The notes beneath the pieces were generated by a model that was given only the letters and a program-made list of their open reading frames with translations, was not told where the DNA came from and did not search any database. DNA of 64,000 nucleotides, from contig BDGG01000012.1 in the NCBI GenBank assembly GCA_001949185.1, forward strand, positions 116,973 through 180,972, in the 5' to 3' direction. This document shows, piece after piece, positions 11,445 to 24,659 of this stretch (position 1 is the first letter of the stretch; each line of letters starts with the position of its first letter). The stretch comes from Ramazzottius varieornatus. Lineage: Eukaryota; Animalia; Tardigrada. The translations under genes were made by a program, and so were the position numbers.

Positions 11445-13677
11445 ATGTTTGCTGGTCAAGGCACGCAAGGATTCAGCGCCACCGGAAGTAGCAGCTGGGA
11501 TCAAGAATCTCAAGATCGTCAGCATTCTACATCCCAACAAGCCATGAATACTTCAGGACAACAAAGCTCCAGTGCTGGTAGTCATAAGTATGCCAAAGAT
11601 GAAAGGATCATTATCAAAGTCCGCTTGGGAAACGATGTGCGAAGACTGCCTCTCTTGAACGAAGACTTGAACTACGTAAATTGCCTATAATCTTTGCTCC
11701 TGAAATGTGTAGTCTTCTGAAGCCACTTGGGTTTTGCAGGATGAGTTACTTATCATGATGCAGAGAGTCTTCAAGGGCAAGATCAACAGCTCTGACCAAG
11801 TTATCGTCAAGTACAAAGACGAAGGTAAGAACAATACTAGTATCTCCAGCTTCTTCCTCGTAGCAATGCCTTCCAAAGTTTGATGCTTTTCTTTGCCGTA
11901 GATGGGGATATGATCACCATAGCTGATGATGCAGACTTGACGTTCGCTCTGCTGCAGACGGATAAAGTACTGAAGACCCAGTTATTTTGTGAGTGTTGTC
12001 TGCTTTCGATAATCGTCACGAAGTTGACCATCTTTGCCACAGTTCAATATTAAGTGTGGAATTTGTCTTTACCATTTTGTTCATTTTCTGCGTAGTGAAT
12101 GGTGCGGGTGATACCGATGGGGTTCACCATACAGGCGATGCGTCCTCTCATGGATGGCAGGATGCTTTCCATCAACTGCAGGAGAAACTGACGGCTTTAC
12201 CATCTACCATCAACGATGGGATCCATTCCGTCGTGGAGAAAGTCATGCGCGAAACGCAGTCTGCTTCTGGCGGAACTGACTCACTCGCTTTGACACAAGG
12301 AACTGACAACAAGCAAAAAGCTACTACGCATGCCAAAGATCACAGTAGCGCCAAAGCTCCGGGAAGCGCTCTCCTGGAGAATGGAGGCTTCGAAGAGCTG
12401 AGCTTGAAAGGTAGGATGAGTAAAAAGCAGATGGACATGTGCGTCGTGGGCCTACGTACTTCAGCCTCGTAGTGTTTGTTAGGTACACTGTGTGCAGGTG
12501 AATGGTAACGGTGTATTTTTGTTGCTGGCACCTGAAACAGTGACCTGCTTGTCTTTTGGCCACTCTTTTACCTCAAAATTATGTTACAGGTAGTTCAGAT
12601 GGTCGTCGTGATTCGGAGATGTCAGGATCAACCGCCAGCCAGCACGGACATGCGGGCTCTCAAGCCCATACGCCGTTCGTGCAAAATCAGCATCTGCAGC
12701 AGAACGGCCTTGCTGGACAAGATCTTCACGGACTGACCAAGCCCACCTCCCAGCAGTCGCAACACGCCTATCAGTTACCATCTGCGCAGATGGCCAGTCA
12801 TTTCGGACAACAGGGAACACCCCAGCAGCACCAACAGCAAACCCAACCGTCGCATTTGCACCAGCAACAACAACAACAAACTCAAGCAAACCTAGGTCTT
12901 CATGCTCCGCAGCAGCCCCTGCAGCACCAACAAGCACCACAACCAGGCCAGTATGGACAAGCTGGCCAGCATCCGGTACAGCAGGGCGCCTTTCCAGGTG
13001 TGTAGAATGATGTTTTTCCTAAGTGGCGCACGCGCTAAGCTAATAACAGTGGAAGCGTGCGCGAAGGGAAAACGATCTGGGCGAGTATGGTGTCGAGCCC
13101 TCTACTAAGTCTTGTATCATAACGTTCCCTTATTTCAGGGCACCCTGGTCAAGCCGCGCAACAGCAGCAGCCAGGTCTCGGTGCTGCCGGCTTGAAGGCG
13201 CAGTACTCGTTCCCACCGACACCAGCCGGCTCGTCTCTTCCCGGCTCCACGTCATCTACCGGACTGCAGCAGCAGTTCATGGTCCAGCAACAGCAGCAGT
13301 ACCCAGGTGGTGCTCCCCCACCTCGTACAGCTACACCCGGACAGCAGCAACCAGGATCCACACAGATGGGTGCAGCCTCTACACCATCTGTGGGACCTCC
13401 GCCACCTTCAGCTATGGGTAGCCAGTTCGCGGCGCCTGGTGCTAACCCCTATGCCCGACTTCCGGGAGCTGCTGGGGCTCCGGGTGGACATATGATGGGG
13501 CAGAGCGCGTTCGGCTTGCAGAGCCCGGGCAGCGTTGTGGGACAGCCACCTCAACAGCAGCCACAACAGCAACAAGCCGGTGCTAGTCAGGTCTATCCGG
13601 GTATATACCAGCAGCCTGGACAGGCGCAGATGGGTCAGCAGGCACAGGGCTATGCGTATGGAGGACCGCCAAGATAA
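11445..13677 (+). CDS. TFG: TRK-fused gene protein (PB1 domain + Q/P-rich tail)
   Basis: [23 protein letters not shown]|[11 protein letters not shown]...KYKDE|[16 protein letters not shown]; Q/P-rich tail with NPYAR motif. Confidence 0.9.
13010..13100. mobile_element. Palindromic family A (TFG intron)
   Basis: aagtggcgcacgcgctaagctaataac...cgtgcgcgaagggaaaacgatctgggcgagt. Confidence 0.7.
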
Positions 13678-14532
13678 ACTGTAATGGCATTCTTTGTCTA
13701 ACTGTAACAAGTTATTAGTAAAAGTTTCCGAGTTTGGTTTCGTTTCGAATATTACTCAGTTATGACTGCAAGTTGTAGTTCAAGACGGCACCTGGTTGTT
13801 CGCGTTTTAGATGATCATTTCTCTGATTGTTTTTTTCAGTCTTCTTTCATTCTAATTCTACCGCTGAATAGCGACGACATTCGCGCTTTATATCTCCGTA
13901 TTTCTGGGCTCTGGAGCACGCTATCGCTATGGATTAGTGTTGCATTGAATTAGCTTCGCTTCGGGTTACTTGTTGAGCTTTGACCAGGTCCTCTCCATTA
14001 TGTAGGTGAGCGTTTTCGTGGTACAAACATGAACGGAAGACTATCAATCTTGGCGGAGCCGGAAGTGTAGTTTGAATTTTAAGGCTTAAGAATGCACGAG
14101 GAGAGAAAGTTTATGCCATTCTTCGTTCTTCCAAAACGAATCGGTTAACGCTACTCCAAACATGTCCTGAGCCCTTGCTGGCATCACTCACCCCCCGCCC
14201 CCAGTTTCCCGTAGCAGTAGGAACTAGGAAGCCAGCATAGGAGCTGCCATCGATATGACATGACATGACATCAGATCATGTTACATATTGATATCATTAT
14301 TCACAGACAATACTAATCGGCTTCGGGTTCGGCGTTCGATTGATTAGCTCGGCTCTTCTTGATTCGGTATCATCAGGTTTATCGTCCGATTCGTCCCCCG
14401 ATTCACTTTTGAACTCCTGTTTCCGTCACGTCGACTCTGACACTCCGTTGTTCTAGTTTCTCTTAGTGACTCGATGTGAGATCCTCGAGCTTGGAACAAG
14501 AAAGAAGTCGGTGCTGTTGACGGTCTCGAAAG

Positions 14533-15632
14533 ATGGCGGCTCGGACGCACTGGATTCTCCGTCATGTGGAATGCGCTACGAGACGGCACCTGTCCACTTC
14601 ACCGACGGTATCCATCAGCCTACCCAGCATGTTCCGACCCAAGAGGGATATTCCAGCTTCCACAGAACCTCTTAACCCATCAGACTTCAATCTTGCAAGA
14701 TCGGAAGTGCAAGGTTCATCTTTCCTTGGCACGCACGACAAAGCAGCGCTTCAGAAAATAATCGATAAAGGGTGAAAATTATCACAAATCCGTTTTCTCG
14801 AATAATCACTCTCGTTGTTTCCTGATGGCTTTCGCATCTTAAACTCATTCTTCCCGATGTTCTTTTCAGGCTAGGTAAGATTGCCATCCCATATAACCCT
14901 CCTGCCGACGTTACCGAAAGGATACGAGGAGTGTTTGAAGAGGCATTCGGAGCTCTCAAAGTGGAGCAACCTTTGCAGCTTCGGTTCCCAAATCGCGCTT
15001 CGAAATTTCACGTAAGATCTTTGGGAAATTTTTTCAGCAATGTTTCCCGAGTCTACTAGATATAGAAGGAAATCTTGGTAATTCACGAGATCAGTTGAGA
15101 CCTCCGTAAACAAACTGGACAAGATCGCTTTTGCAAGTGGCGCACGCTGCAGCCGATAACTCTGAAAACGTGCGCTACCTGGGCAAAACGATCTTGTCGT
15201 GTTTGTTTACTAGGCGGAATAACTAACTCTCCATATTTTTTTCTTATGTTGCAGTTTTTGGCTTCTTGTGAAAGAGTTTTCAACTACACTATCCCGAACT
15301 CCCATCTCTACGAAATCCGGACGGTCGAAGACGTTGTCAGGTTTTACCAAACGCCGGTGGCTGGCACGAACGGCTTGACGCAGTTCCAGCAGGTGCCCGA
15401 CCTTCCACCAAACCTGCATATTCGGTACGACTATTACGATGAAGACGAGGACCCAATCTACAACGGAGTGACTGCCGATCCTCACGTAGACAAGATTCCC
15501 ATGGGCCTGAGAGAAAAGAAGCTGTACAAACCGGTGAAAGCTGAGAGAGACTGGCCCAAATCCTTCGACGTTCATCGGATCAAACGCGGGCACTGGCCAA
15601 ATCCTGCTCATGACCAACACTTCCCCGATTAG
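14533..15632 (+). CDS. MRPL50: Mitochondrial ribosomal protein L50 (mL50)
   Basis: Mitochondrial-type N-terminus; IPNSHLYEIRTVEDVVRFYQTPV and DLPPNLHI motifs; 3 exons. Confidence 0.75.
15100..15212. mobile_element. Palindromic family A (MRPL50 intron)
   Basis: aaacaaactggacaagatcgcttttgcaagtggcgcacg...cgtgcgctacctgggcaaaacgatcttgtcgtgtttgttt. Confidence 0.8.
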
Positions 15633-15906
15633 AGTGTAGAAACTTTCGTTCATTACGGTGTCAGTGTTACTTTGTATGCTATGCGACATCGTCGAATTTG
15701 ATTATGTTTTAGTCGGACTAGAAGAAATCTCTTGTACAACGCCGTGGCTTTCATTGATCTTGAGGGACCGATCATAAAGCCATCATTGGAGATTCTTTTT
15801 TGTCCTTGAGTTGCTTATAGAGTGAGAAAAGGAATCAGATGGATAGAACTTCACCGAGGAAGTATACTTTGAAGAACTGCAGATTTTCGGTAGAAAACGC
15901 AAAAAT

Positions 15907-15978
15907 GGGGGCAACCGGGAATTGAACCCGGGACCACCCGCACCCTAAGCGGATATCATACCCCTAGACTATTGCCCC
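15907..15978 (-). tRNA. tRNA-Pro (anticodon AGG)
   Basis: GGGGCAATAGTCTAGGGGTATGATATCCGCTT-AGG-GTGCGGGTGGTCCCGGGTTCAATTCCCGGTTGCCCCC; cloverleaf, A/B boxes, T5 terminator at 15901-15905. Confidence 0.93.
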
Positions 15979-16784
15979 ATCACATCAATCGAGCAACTCA
16001 TTTCGCTGCTCAGTGATCCGGCTTCCGGTTCCCGCATGCCGGAGACGGAAGCGCACTTCAGGAAATACAGTCCTACCTGTGAGATGTGACAATCGCTTCT
16101 TCTGCAACCGAACAGCGTTTCTGCACGGGACTGCTGGCCATGCACTGCACAGCACGATCAGCTGATCGAAGTCCGGTTGTCTTTTAACTTGATCAAATAA
16201 TCAAACGTGTGTCTGATCGGCTGATCGCTCTCATGCGAACAGCATGGGGAGCAAATGCATGCACACATGAACCGTCCGGAACTGATTTCGGGCGTTTGCA
16301 CTGTCACATCTCACAGGAAGGACTGTACCGGTACCTGAAATCCGTAGTGACCGGCGCTCAGTGGCTGCTACCGTTCTCAATGAAGTTAACAACAAGCATT
16401 CATGAATACAAAATCAAAGCACTGTGCGACATCGCAAGTTAAAACGATCTGTATTTTACGGTGGTTTTCCACAGATCCGACCACAGAAGTCGCGCACCTC
16501 CAACTTTTCCTGCGACCAATGCTAAGCACAATCAGCACATGCAAATGATCCAGAGTATGACCGGCATAGTCGATGACAGTTTAGCATCATTACTTATGGT
16601 CACAAATGAGAAACTCTAAGGAGATACCCAAGAGTCGCCAGGAGGCTTTTACTAGCTGATAAGACAATTTAATACTAAAAGGCACTCTTCTCATCACAAC
16701 TTGTTCTTCTCGCCCTCACGAGCTGAAACAGTGAGTCTTCTTTCCGTCATCGTCCTTTTTCCCTTCACACCTACAGTCACCGGG

Positions 16785-17769
16785 TCATCTAGCATCGAAT
16801 GTAGAAGCAGGTACCTCAACCTCAATGCCATCAAGTTCTTCCGTCATCTCTATTTGACATCCCAGTCGGGACCTGCAATAAAAAAACATCGAGCATCTTT
16901 TCCTGCTGTTATCATATTTTGCTACATATGATACTACGGTAAGAAATACGGATGAAAGCGAAGGAAAGCAGGACAGGCCCCATTTCGGTTCGAAGAGAAA
17001 CAACAACACTACAGCTGCTACGTACGTATCAGTAAGGCCATATGCGAGATCCAGCATGTCCAGCTCTTCATCACAAGCTTTGTTCGGCAACTTATCAAAG
17101 ACATCCTTTTTCAAAACAACATGGCAAGTGGAGCAGGCAAGAGTACCTTCGCAAGCACCTAAAAGACACACACATTTCATAAATCGTACGATCAAATCAC
17201 GCCTTTTTTAGCGCAGTTATACAGGGCAGTCATAGCGGTCAGTTAAAATTACCAAAGCCATCGAAATCGAGTTCATTGTTGATTATCATATCCAGCAGCG
17301 TATCCCCCTTCTTGCCATAAGCCATGTATTCTTTCCCATCTCGAAGAAACTTCACTTTCAAACTGCAAGATAACCGAGTAGATCAGTAATTTAGGAATTA
17401 TAGAGCGGGAACAAGCAAACGATCATCTTGGATCCGCCAATCAAGATTGTCCAAAGTCGGAGATTCTGATCGCTGACTGGTTGTGTACGGATATTCTTTA
17501 ATTCACGCCCCAGTCCATATGATGTCATCTGGCCGCGCCTTACTGATCTACTCTGCCCATTTGAATGTCGCATATATACGCAGATCTTACTCGTTAGCTC
17601 CTGCGACCGTGGGAGCAGCCGATGCAACGCTCACAACCGACCGGACAACGGTCGTTCCTGGGTCCGCAAAGGAAACTCTCTGGACGAGATGGGAGGACTG
17701 TACAGACAGCAATTCATCCGTGGAGAGCCATCGTATTGCAGTGTTGACAGATCGCATTAACCGGAACAT
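16785..17769 (-). CDS. FDX1: Adrenodoxin-type mitochondrial [2Fe-2S] ferredoxin
   Basis: GACEGTLACSTCH, EELDMLDLAYGLTDT|SRLGCQ; mitochondrial targeting exon MFRLMRSVN. Confidence 0.85.
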
Positions 17770-18260
17770 GGAACACGAACATCAGCAGTTGGAGACCAGC
17801 TATCCTCCAAGCCGAAGAACCCTGGACGATACTCCTGTAAACACAAGGCTGACGATGGGAAGGTCCGCAGATTATTCGTAAAACAGTAACCGCACGATTG
17901 TAAATAAAAAAACAAAAAAATGAACAAATGTTAACAATTGCATTACAGACATTGCGAGAAGACGGTGTTCGTTGACTATGAGTCTATAATCTCATTGCAG
18001 AAACATTTAAGANNNNNNNNNNNNNNNNNNNNNNNNNNNNNNNNNNNNNNNNNNNNNNNNNNATTTCCTGATCCTGACCGGACGCCTCGTCGCTGACAAG
18101 TTTCCGCAATCCCTCAATTCTGTAGGCTCACGCGGTGAGTCAAAGCGGAGCTTTCCCATGATGACGTAATGGTGTGGGCATTTTGATTTTTGAGTTTGCG
18201 GATTTAGGCTTTTTCGACTTTCGGTTCTCGTTCCTCTAAATCTAAAAGCTTGCATTGCTG

Positions 18261-19678
18261 ATGTTTATGGCCAGTTTCCTTTTGCTGAAAGGAATTCGCA
18301 AATGTCTCCCACACCTACGCGTACGACGACGAGCGATGGCGTCAGTCAACAGCGGGCGCCGTTACGTTTTGGGCATCGAGACCAGCTGCGACGATACCGG
18401 CGCAGCCATTGTGGACGATTCAGGTAACATTATCTCCGAAGTGTTGTCGTCGCAGCTTCGCATACATCTACGCAATGGAGGAATCATTCCACCGGTTGCG
18501 CGGGATCTGCATAAAGAAAAGATCGAGTCGGTGGTGGAGGAATGCTTAATGAAATCCAAGCTGGACATCTCGCAGCTAGATGCAGTTGCTGTAACTAACC
18601 GGCCGGGAATGCCCATGTCCCTCCTCGTCGGACTGGGATATGCCAAAGTCATCGCGGAGAAGTGGAAGAAGCCGATGATTCCTGTCCATCATATGGAAGC
18701 ACACGCACTGACCATTCGCATGGTGGAAGATGTCCCGTTTCCCTTTATGACAATGCTCATTTCCGGTAAGTTGAAATTCGCAGTAGTTTTTGTAGTAATT
18801 AAGGAGGCGTGTCATTGCTGGTACAACTATGGGAAACTAAGAAGCTTGCTAATCTGGCTATTTTTGTTCCAGGTGGGCACTCGCTAATTGGTTTGGCGGA
18901 GGACATCAACAGTTGGCGTCTCTTCGGCACCACGCTCGACGACGCACCTGGAGAATGCATGGACAAGACTGCTCGCCAGCTTCGTCTCATCAACCTTCCC
19001 CAATACGAATCCATTAGCGGAGGTGCCGCCATCGAGCACTTGGCCCAGTCTGGCGACCGCAATCACTTTGAGTTCCCCGTGGCCATGTCCATGTACCGCG
19101 ACTGCGACACCTCCTTCTCCGGGCTGAAATGGAAGGCCAAGAAGTACATTATGGAGGAAGAGAAGAAGCACGGCACGGGACCTGGTGAAGTCATCCCGAC
19201 AGCTGCACACCTTTGCGCCTCCTTCCAGCACTCAATTGCACGACAACTGTGCAAGAAGCTCGAACGGGCACTCGTCTACGCCAACCAAAAGGAACTTCTA
19301 CCGCCTGACAGGAAGAGGTTTGTGGTGTCAGGTGGTGTGGCCTGTAATGGATACATTCGAGAGATGCTAACCTATATCTGTCATCGTAACGGGTATGAGT
19401 TGCACGCGCCTCCGCCGAAACTTTGCTGTGATAACGGAGTCATGATAGCGTGGAATGGCATGGAAAAACTGAAGCGAGGTCTAGATTTAACGTACGAGTA
19501 TGACAAGGTAGACATGCATCCTGATGAACCGTTTGGCGTGGATGAACGGGCGGAAGTCGCAAAGGCAAACATTCGCACTGGGTACATCAAGTTTCCCCAA
19601 AGCGGCTGGACCAGCAAGCCTTTGAAGAAGAACGAGAACAGTGAAGAAGCAGAGGAAAAGTCCTCCGTGGCAGTCTGA
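18261..19678 (+). CDS. OSGEPL1: Mitochondrial tRNA N6-threonylcarbamoyltransferase (Qri7/OSGEPL1)
   Basis: LGIETSCDDTG, HHMEAH, ISGGH across intron 18766-18873, SGGVACN, CCDNGVMIAW. Confidence 0.93.
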
Positions 19679-19894
19679 ATCCGTGCTGTATTTTTTCACA
19701 GTGTTCTGAATGCATTGCGCTGCCTTTTCCGATTGAAGTTGTCAAGGTGAACGGCGGGCAAATTTAAGCTGAATGTGGCTTGCTTCTTGGTGTTGTTATC
19801 TGTTGCTGATGATGAAACTTGAATTGTAATCTACAGTGAAGAAATATGCGGGAGATGTTATGGTGTGGATTTTGTATGTGAGCGGAAGTAAATA

Positions 19895-22613
19895 ATGACC
19901 AGGACATTTTTGCAACAGAACAAACCTCGTCATCTTCAAAACCATGTTTTACCACCGGTGCAGTCTCTTCCTCTTCGTTCGCTTGCCGCGGAGAATCTCA
20001 GGGTTATTTGGCGATGTGTTGCCGGTACGTTGCTCTTCATACCTTTCTGGTTGGCTTTCGGGTTCGCCCTTGCATTCGGAAATGCCATTGGCACCATCAT
20101 GTCATTTCTCAGCTCGACTAAGATACCTCAGATGGAGTCAGCCGATCTACTCTCGGCGCTCGACGCACTATGGGTGGCTCTACCCGACGTCAAGAACCCC
20201 CAACCAATCGCCTGTATCGTCATGAAGTTGGGCGATGATATCGTCATGAAAGACTTTGTAGATATATTGACGAATCGATTGCTCAACGTCAAGAATCCGA
20301 AAGGTCCTTCGCCCTTCATGTACATGCGTTTCCGGCAGAGACTGTATACCATCGGCTCACGGAATATCTTTGCTTTCTCACCGCGCTTTGATATCGCTAA
20401 TCATATCCATCAGATTCCACCGGATGTGGACGATATGGACGCTTTCATGTCATTCGTCAGTGGGTTACAAGGAACTCCGCTGGAGACGGACAAACCTTTA
20501 TGGGATATGCACGTCCGCACTGACTTCGGCCCCGATAAATCCGGAATATTGGTCTTTAGGTTTCATCAGTGTATCACCGATGGACAATCCATGATCCAAG
20601 CCTTATGTCGGGACATCCTCGACGGGGGAGACCTGATCTACCAGCAAATTCGGCCACGTTTTGGAGGAGTAACCTACGCTTCTCGCTTCTGTCAAGCGGT
20701 TTTTATGTCCGGCTACATATTCTTCACGGACCTCATTTCCGGTGGACCACCGGATTTGAACCTAATCAAGCATCCGGAGATGAAACTCAGCGGCAAGTAC
20801 GATGTCTTTTGGTCGGAGCCGGTCAATTGTAGTGTGATTCAAAGACTGAAGTCTATCACGCGGTGTCACTTCAACGACCTGTTCTTCACGGCGCTTGCGG
20901 CCACCATGAGGACTTATTGCAAGATGCACGGCATCTCCACACCGGCGGATATGACGGCCTGTTTCCCCATTGATCTTCGATCGGCAAAGGCCGAAGGCTT
21001 GAATGATATGTACTTGGGGAATCGGTTTGTCGTGGAGAAAATCCACTTGCCGGTTGGACAGGAAGCGGGCTTACCTATGTTGTGGAGGGTGAGGGATCAG
21101 ACGTATCAAATTCGACGGTCGTACCGGCATGTCGCTACGGACTTCCTTGTTAAGATTCTGGGGAAAGCATTGAGTCAAAAGCTGATGCACTCCATATGGA
21201 ATCGACATTTTAGTGGATGTACGTTACTCGTTAATAGGCAAGTTTCTTGCGTAAGTCTTCGACCAAGGGCAAATTTGGCAGCATTATCAAATCTAGCAGC
21301 AGCATTAGCAGCACTGTACATGTCTTAAAGTGGCGCACGCTACCAGTCAATAAAGTTGAAATCATGGGCCATTCGGCAATTGGACACGATCGCTTTCTCA
21401 AGTGGCATTCCCTTTCAGCCAGTAATGAAGTGAACGTGCGCCATTCGGGAAGACAGTCTTGTATTACGCGCGATAATACACGTTTCGATTGTTATTGAAG
21501 CTCTCAAATTTCAAGCACCCTTCTAGAGAAGCTTCGTGTTGGTCAGTTGACCGAATTGTCACTATATGGGCTTATTCTTTGTCTTGCAGTCTGGCTGGTC
21601 CAGAAGGTATCCTAACCGTGAACAAGTACACCCTGGAAGAGATGCGCATGTGGATACCGCCGCCTCATGAAATGGGCGTACCTCTGGCCATCAACGTCAT
21701 CTCCAACCTTGACCAAGTCCAGTTGGTCGTCGTAGCAGATACCGGTGTCATACAAGACGCCTTCTGGATCGCCATGGACTTCCCACACGAAGTGATGGCA
21801 TTGGGGAACCTCCTCAAGACACGTCGCGTGCCCGAGTCAGGTGGATCGAAGAGTGCGGAAGCCATGTCCGACGAAGACGCCGAACAAGCTGTCACGCAGT
21901 CACTGGGTGTACTCAAAGAACGCCTGATAAAGATTCAGATGAAGGTGAGGAAAATGAGGAAGAACCGAGATGACATAGGCAAGATTCCTGCTTTGTGGAA
22001 AACCTTCGGGTTGGAGCTACCTGCGGAAGGGGAGTCCAGTTCGAGCAGTTCCTTTTCCGGAAGTGACAGCGATTCAGAGTCAGGTTCTGGTGAAACTAGT
22101 AGTGGCGGTACATCTTCAGGCGACACTAGCTCGGCAAGTGGCGAAGAGTCAGGAAAGAGTAAGAGTGAAGGACAAACCGAGAAAAGTTCAGGTGACAAGT
22201 CAGAAAAGTCAGAAGATGGTTCAGGTTCGAAGACGAACTCGGTCAAAGTAGAAACCAAGAAGAAACTAAAACCCGACAAAAAGGAACCGAAAACCGCAAA
22301 TGGTCCGCCGGTACCTCTCGCTAGAGAGGAAGTATCGAAAGAGCCAGCTGGAGAGAGGAGGTTGTCCGGCGCACAAGCAACAGGTGCGAGGTTGATGGAA
22401 CGGCGCATGTCGATAAAGCCGACAATCTTCAGTGCGCCAAGGTCCAGGTCGGCGCTTGACAGTAAAGATCGGTCCGAGAGCGATTTTGACGCCTTAGCTC
22501 AGCGCAATCCTCAGACAAAACCTGGTCAAGTACCGCGAAGGAGGTCTTCACAAGCCGGAAGAACGATACCTTCGACCGTTCCTGCTGTAAATCGTATGAC
22601 CAGACCTCGGTGA
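19895..22613 (+). CDS. Wax ester synthase/DGAT (WS/DGAT)-like acyltransferase with S/E/K-rich tail
   Basis: PLWDMH, FRFHQCITDG (HHxxxDG-like), FNDLF, PIDLR, LGNRF motifs; intron ~21237-21589. Confidence 0.75.
21328..21465. mobile_element. Palindromic family A, dimer (WS/DGAT intron)
   Basis: Two degenerate aagtggc...gccatt units in tandem. Confidence 0.65.
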
Positions 22614-22886
22614 CGGAAGTCATCTCAGAATTCCATACTCCCTTATTTCTCCTTCTGTTTCGTTTTTCAAGCCTATAAGTTTCTTGTTTTCAGATCTTTG
22701 TCCTGGTTGAAATTTTTATTGCTATTGTCATTCTCCAGTATCGAGTGTCTGGTCAAATGAGTTTCAACGATAGCAACTGCCTTTACAACAAAAACTCAGA
22801 GAGAATTCAAAGAGGAAACTACTGTCACAGCTGTTCACGATGACAGCTCCTGGAAACGACAAGCGGGGAAAGACTTGTCAACTCGT

Positions 22887-24427
22887 CTAAACTGGAAGGC
22901 CCAGAACCGGAAATTCGAGTTCATCATTGCCTTCTTTGTGTTCGCCCATGGCTTCCGCTCCCACTTCCTCGTCAGCATCCATAGGCTCGGCTTCTCGTTC
23001 CGCGTTCTGCATGCGATTCAGCAGCTTCTCCACAGCACCAATACTTCCAAACAGCAGCTTGTCCGCTTCAACTTCCCGTTCTTTCTCAGCTTTCCATCTA
23101 TCTTCCCTGAATTTCCTCCTGCTTTTCTTCTGTGTGACATTCATCGTCGCACTGTGACAAGCTGGGCACGAGTCTCCCCACCACATTTCGCCATCGTACT
23201 CTTTTGGCAGTAGAACACAGCAAGCGCTGCGATGTTCATCCTCCCTGGCCGGAAGTTGGTCTCTCGCTTCTGCGCACAACTGGGCTCCCTCCACTTCCTT
23301 CAGCACTCTTTCCACAGCATGAATACACTTGGCCACCGGCTCTTGCCTCATACAGCGGACGCCCTGAACAAAGACTCGTGGCAGCAGGACCACAGAATAC
23401 GAGACAGATTTGAACGGTCGACCGTTATCGTCGACGAGAAGGAACAAAATCTGAGCTTGGTTCGCCACCAAATCATTAACGACCCACAAATCAGAAGGCA
23501 GCTCTACTCTCGACAATTTATCTTGCAAATCTGCAATGTCTTTCAAATTTGCTGGGTGATCGACTGGACAGCCACAGGGAAGGAAGTGCGCCCGTTCGAC
23601 GGTCTCGAGCAGGTCTTCCAGCTCTTTTCGGGACCTCACTTCAGTATTGTCGATAAAGAAGTCTTCTTTCTTAGTGGTAACTCTAGCGTTTAGACTACTG
23701 AGAAACGCCACAGACATGAGAGAGTGGCAAGGATCGTCCGGGTCTACGTACTCAAAAGTTACTTTGTGGGGCTTGAAACCTCGAAGGTCCAGAGCGATCC
23801 ATCTGTCGCTGGGTTTCTTGACGGTAGGGAGACTTGCGTGCAGATCAAGAAAACCATGCCACTCGTCAAAGGAGTTTCGGGTTGGCGAAAGCCGAACCAG
23901 TGTTGGGTCAACGTCTTTATGTAAAACGGGATACTCGATAAGCTTCTTACGAGTTTCTGCAAAGAATAATAATTTCAGTTAAATCGAGGTAAATGTAATC
24001 GAGCATACTGACGCATGACGTCATACATAATGTGCTATAATACTGTGCGTCATTAGTGACAGCGAATCGAAACTATTGACGCCATACAGCACCACTTACC
24101 TCGAATTCTTCTAGGTCTTTTGACTCGCGTTTTCGGACTGGTGTCCGGGACGCTTACGTAGTCGTTCATCAAAGGTCTGATCGTCGGGATGGCATGCTTG
24201 AGAAGTCTTCGTGTCACTGGATTGACGCAGTCTTCCGCAAAGTGTTTGTGGCAAATTGAGAAGGATATAGGAAAACGGATGCTTGGTTGGACACCGCAAA
24301 AATCCTTCCATGCTTGCAACACTCCTGCATTGGCCATTGGGGACGCATGGAGGTTGATGGTTGCAGTACCGTCGTTATCAGTTATACAGCCTCTCACGAA
24401 ACAGCGTCTTCCTTTGCGTCCACTCAT
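22887..24427 (-). CDS. THAP-domain protein (2 exons, ~465 aa)
   Basis: C2CH THAP motif CFVRGC...W...ICHKHF...AIPTI; intron 23957-24099 joins in frame to the 22887-23717 ORF. Confidence 0.8.
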
Positions 24428-24513
24428 TGTCGATAAATTCCAGATACGCACTCCGGAGAACCCTCAAAATTCAAAAAATAAATAGGTGCAGTCGTATTCT
24501 AGCACAATACGAC

Positions 24514-24621
24514 CAGCGATGGCCGGATCATATTTCCTCTTTTGACCGGTTCACAGCAGGCCGTACATGACAAATGGGTAATTTTTGATGTAAGGCTGGG
24601 TAAATCATCTGGCCATCGCTG
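24514..24621. repeat. Short inverted repeat in the divergent promoter
   Basis: cagcgatggccggat (24514) versus atctggccatcgctg (to 24621). Confidence 0.5.
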
Positions 24622-24659
24622 TATTCTGTTCGTGGGCGCCTGGGCGGTGGGCCCCAAAG

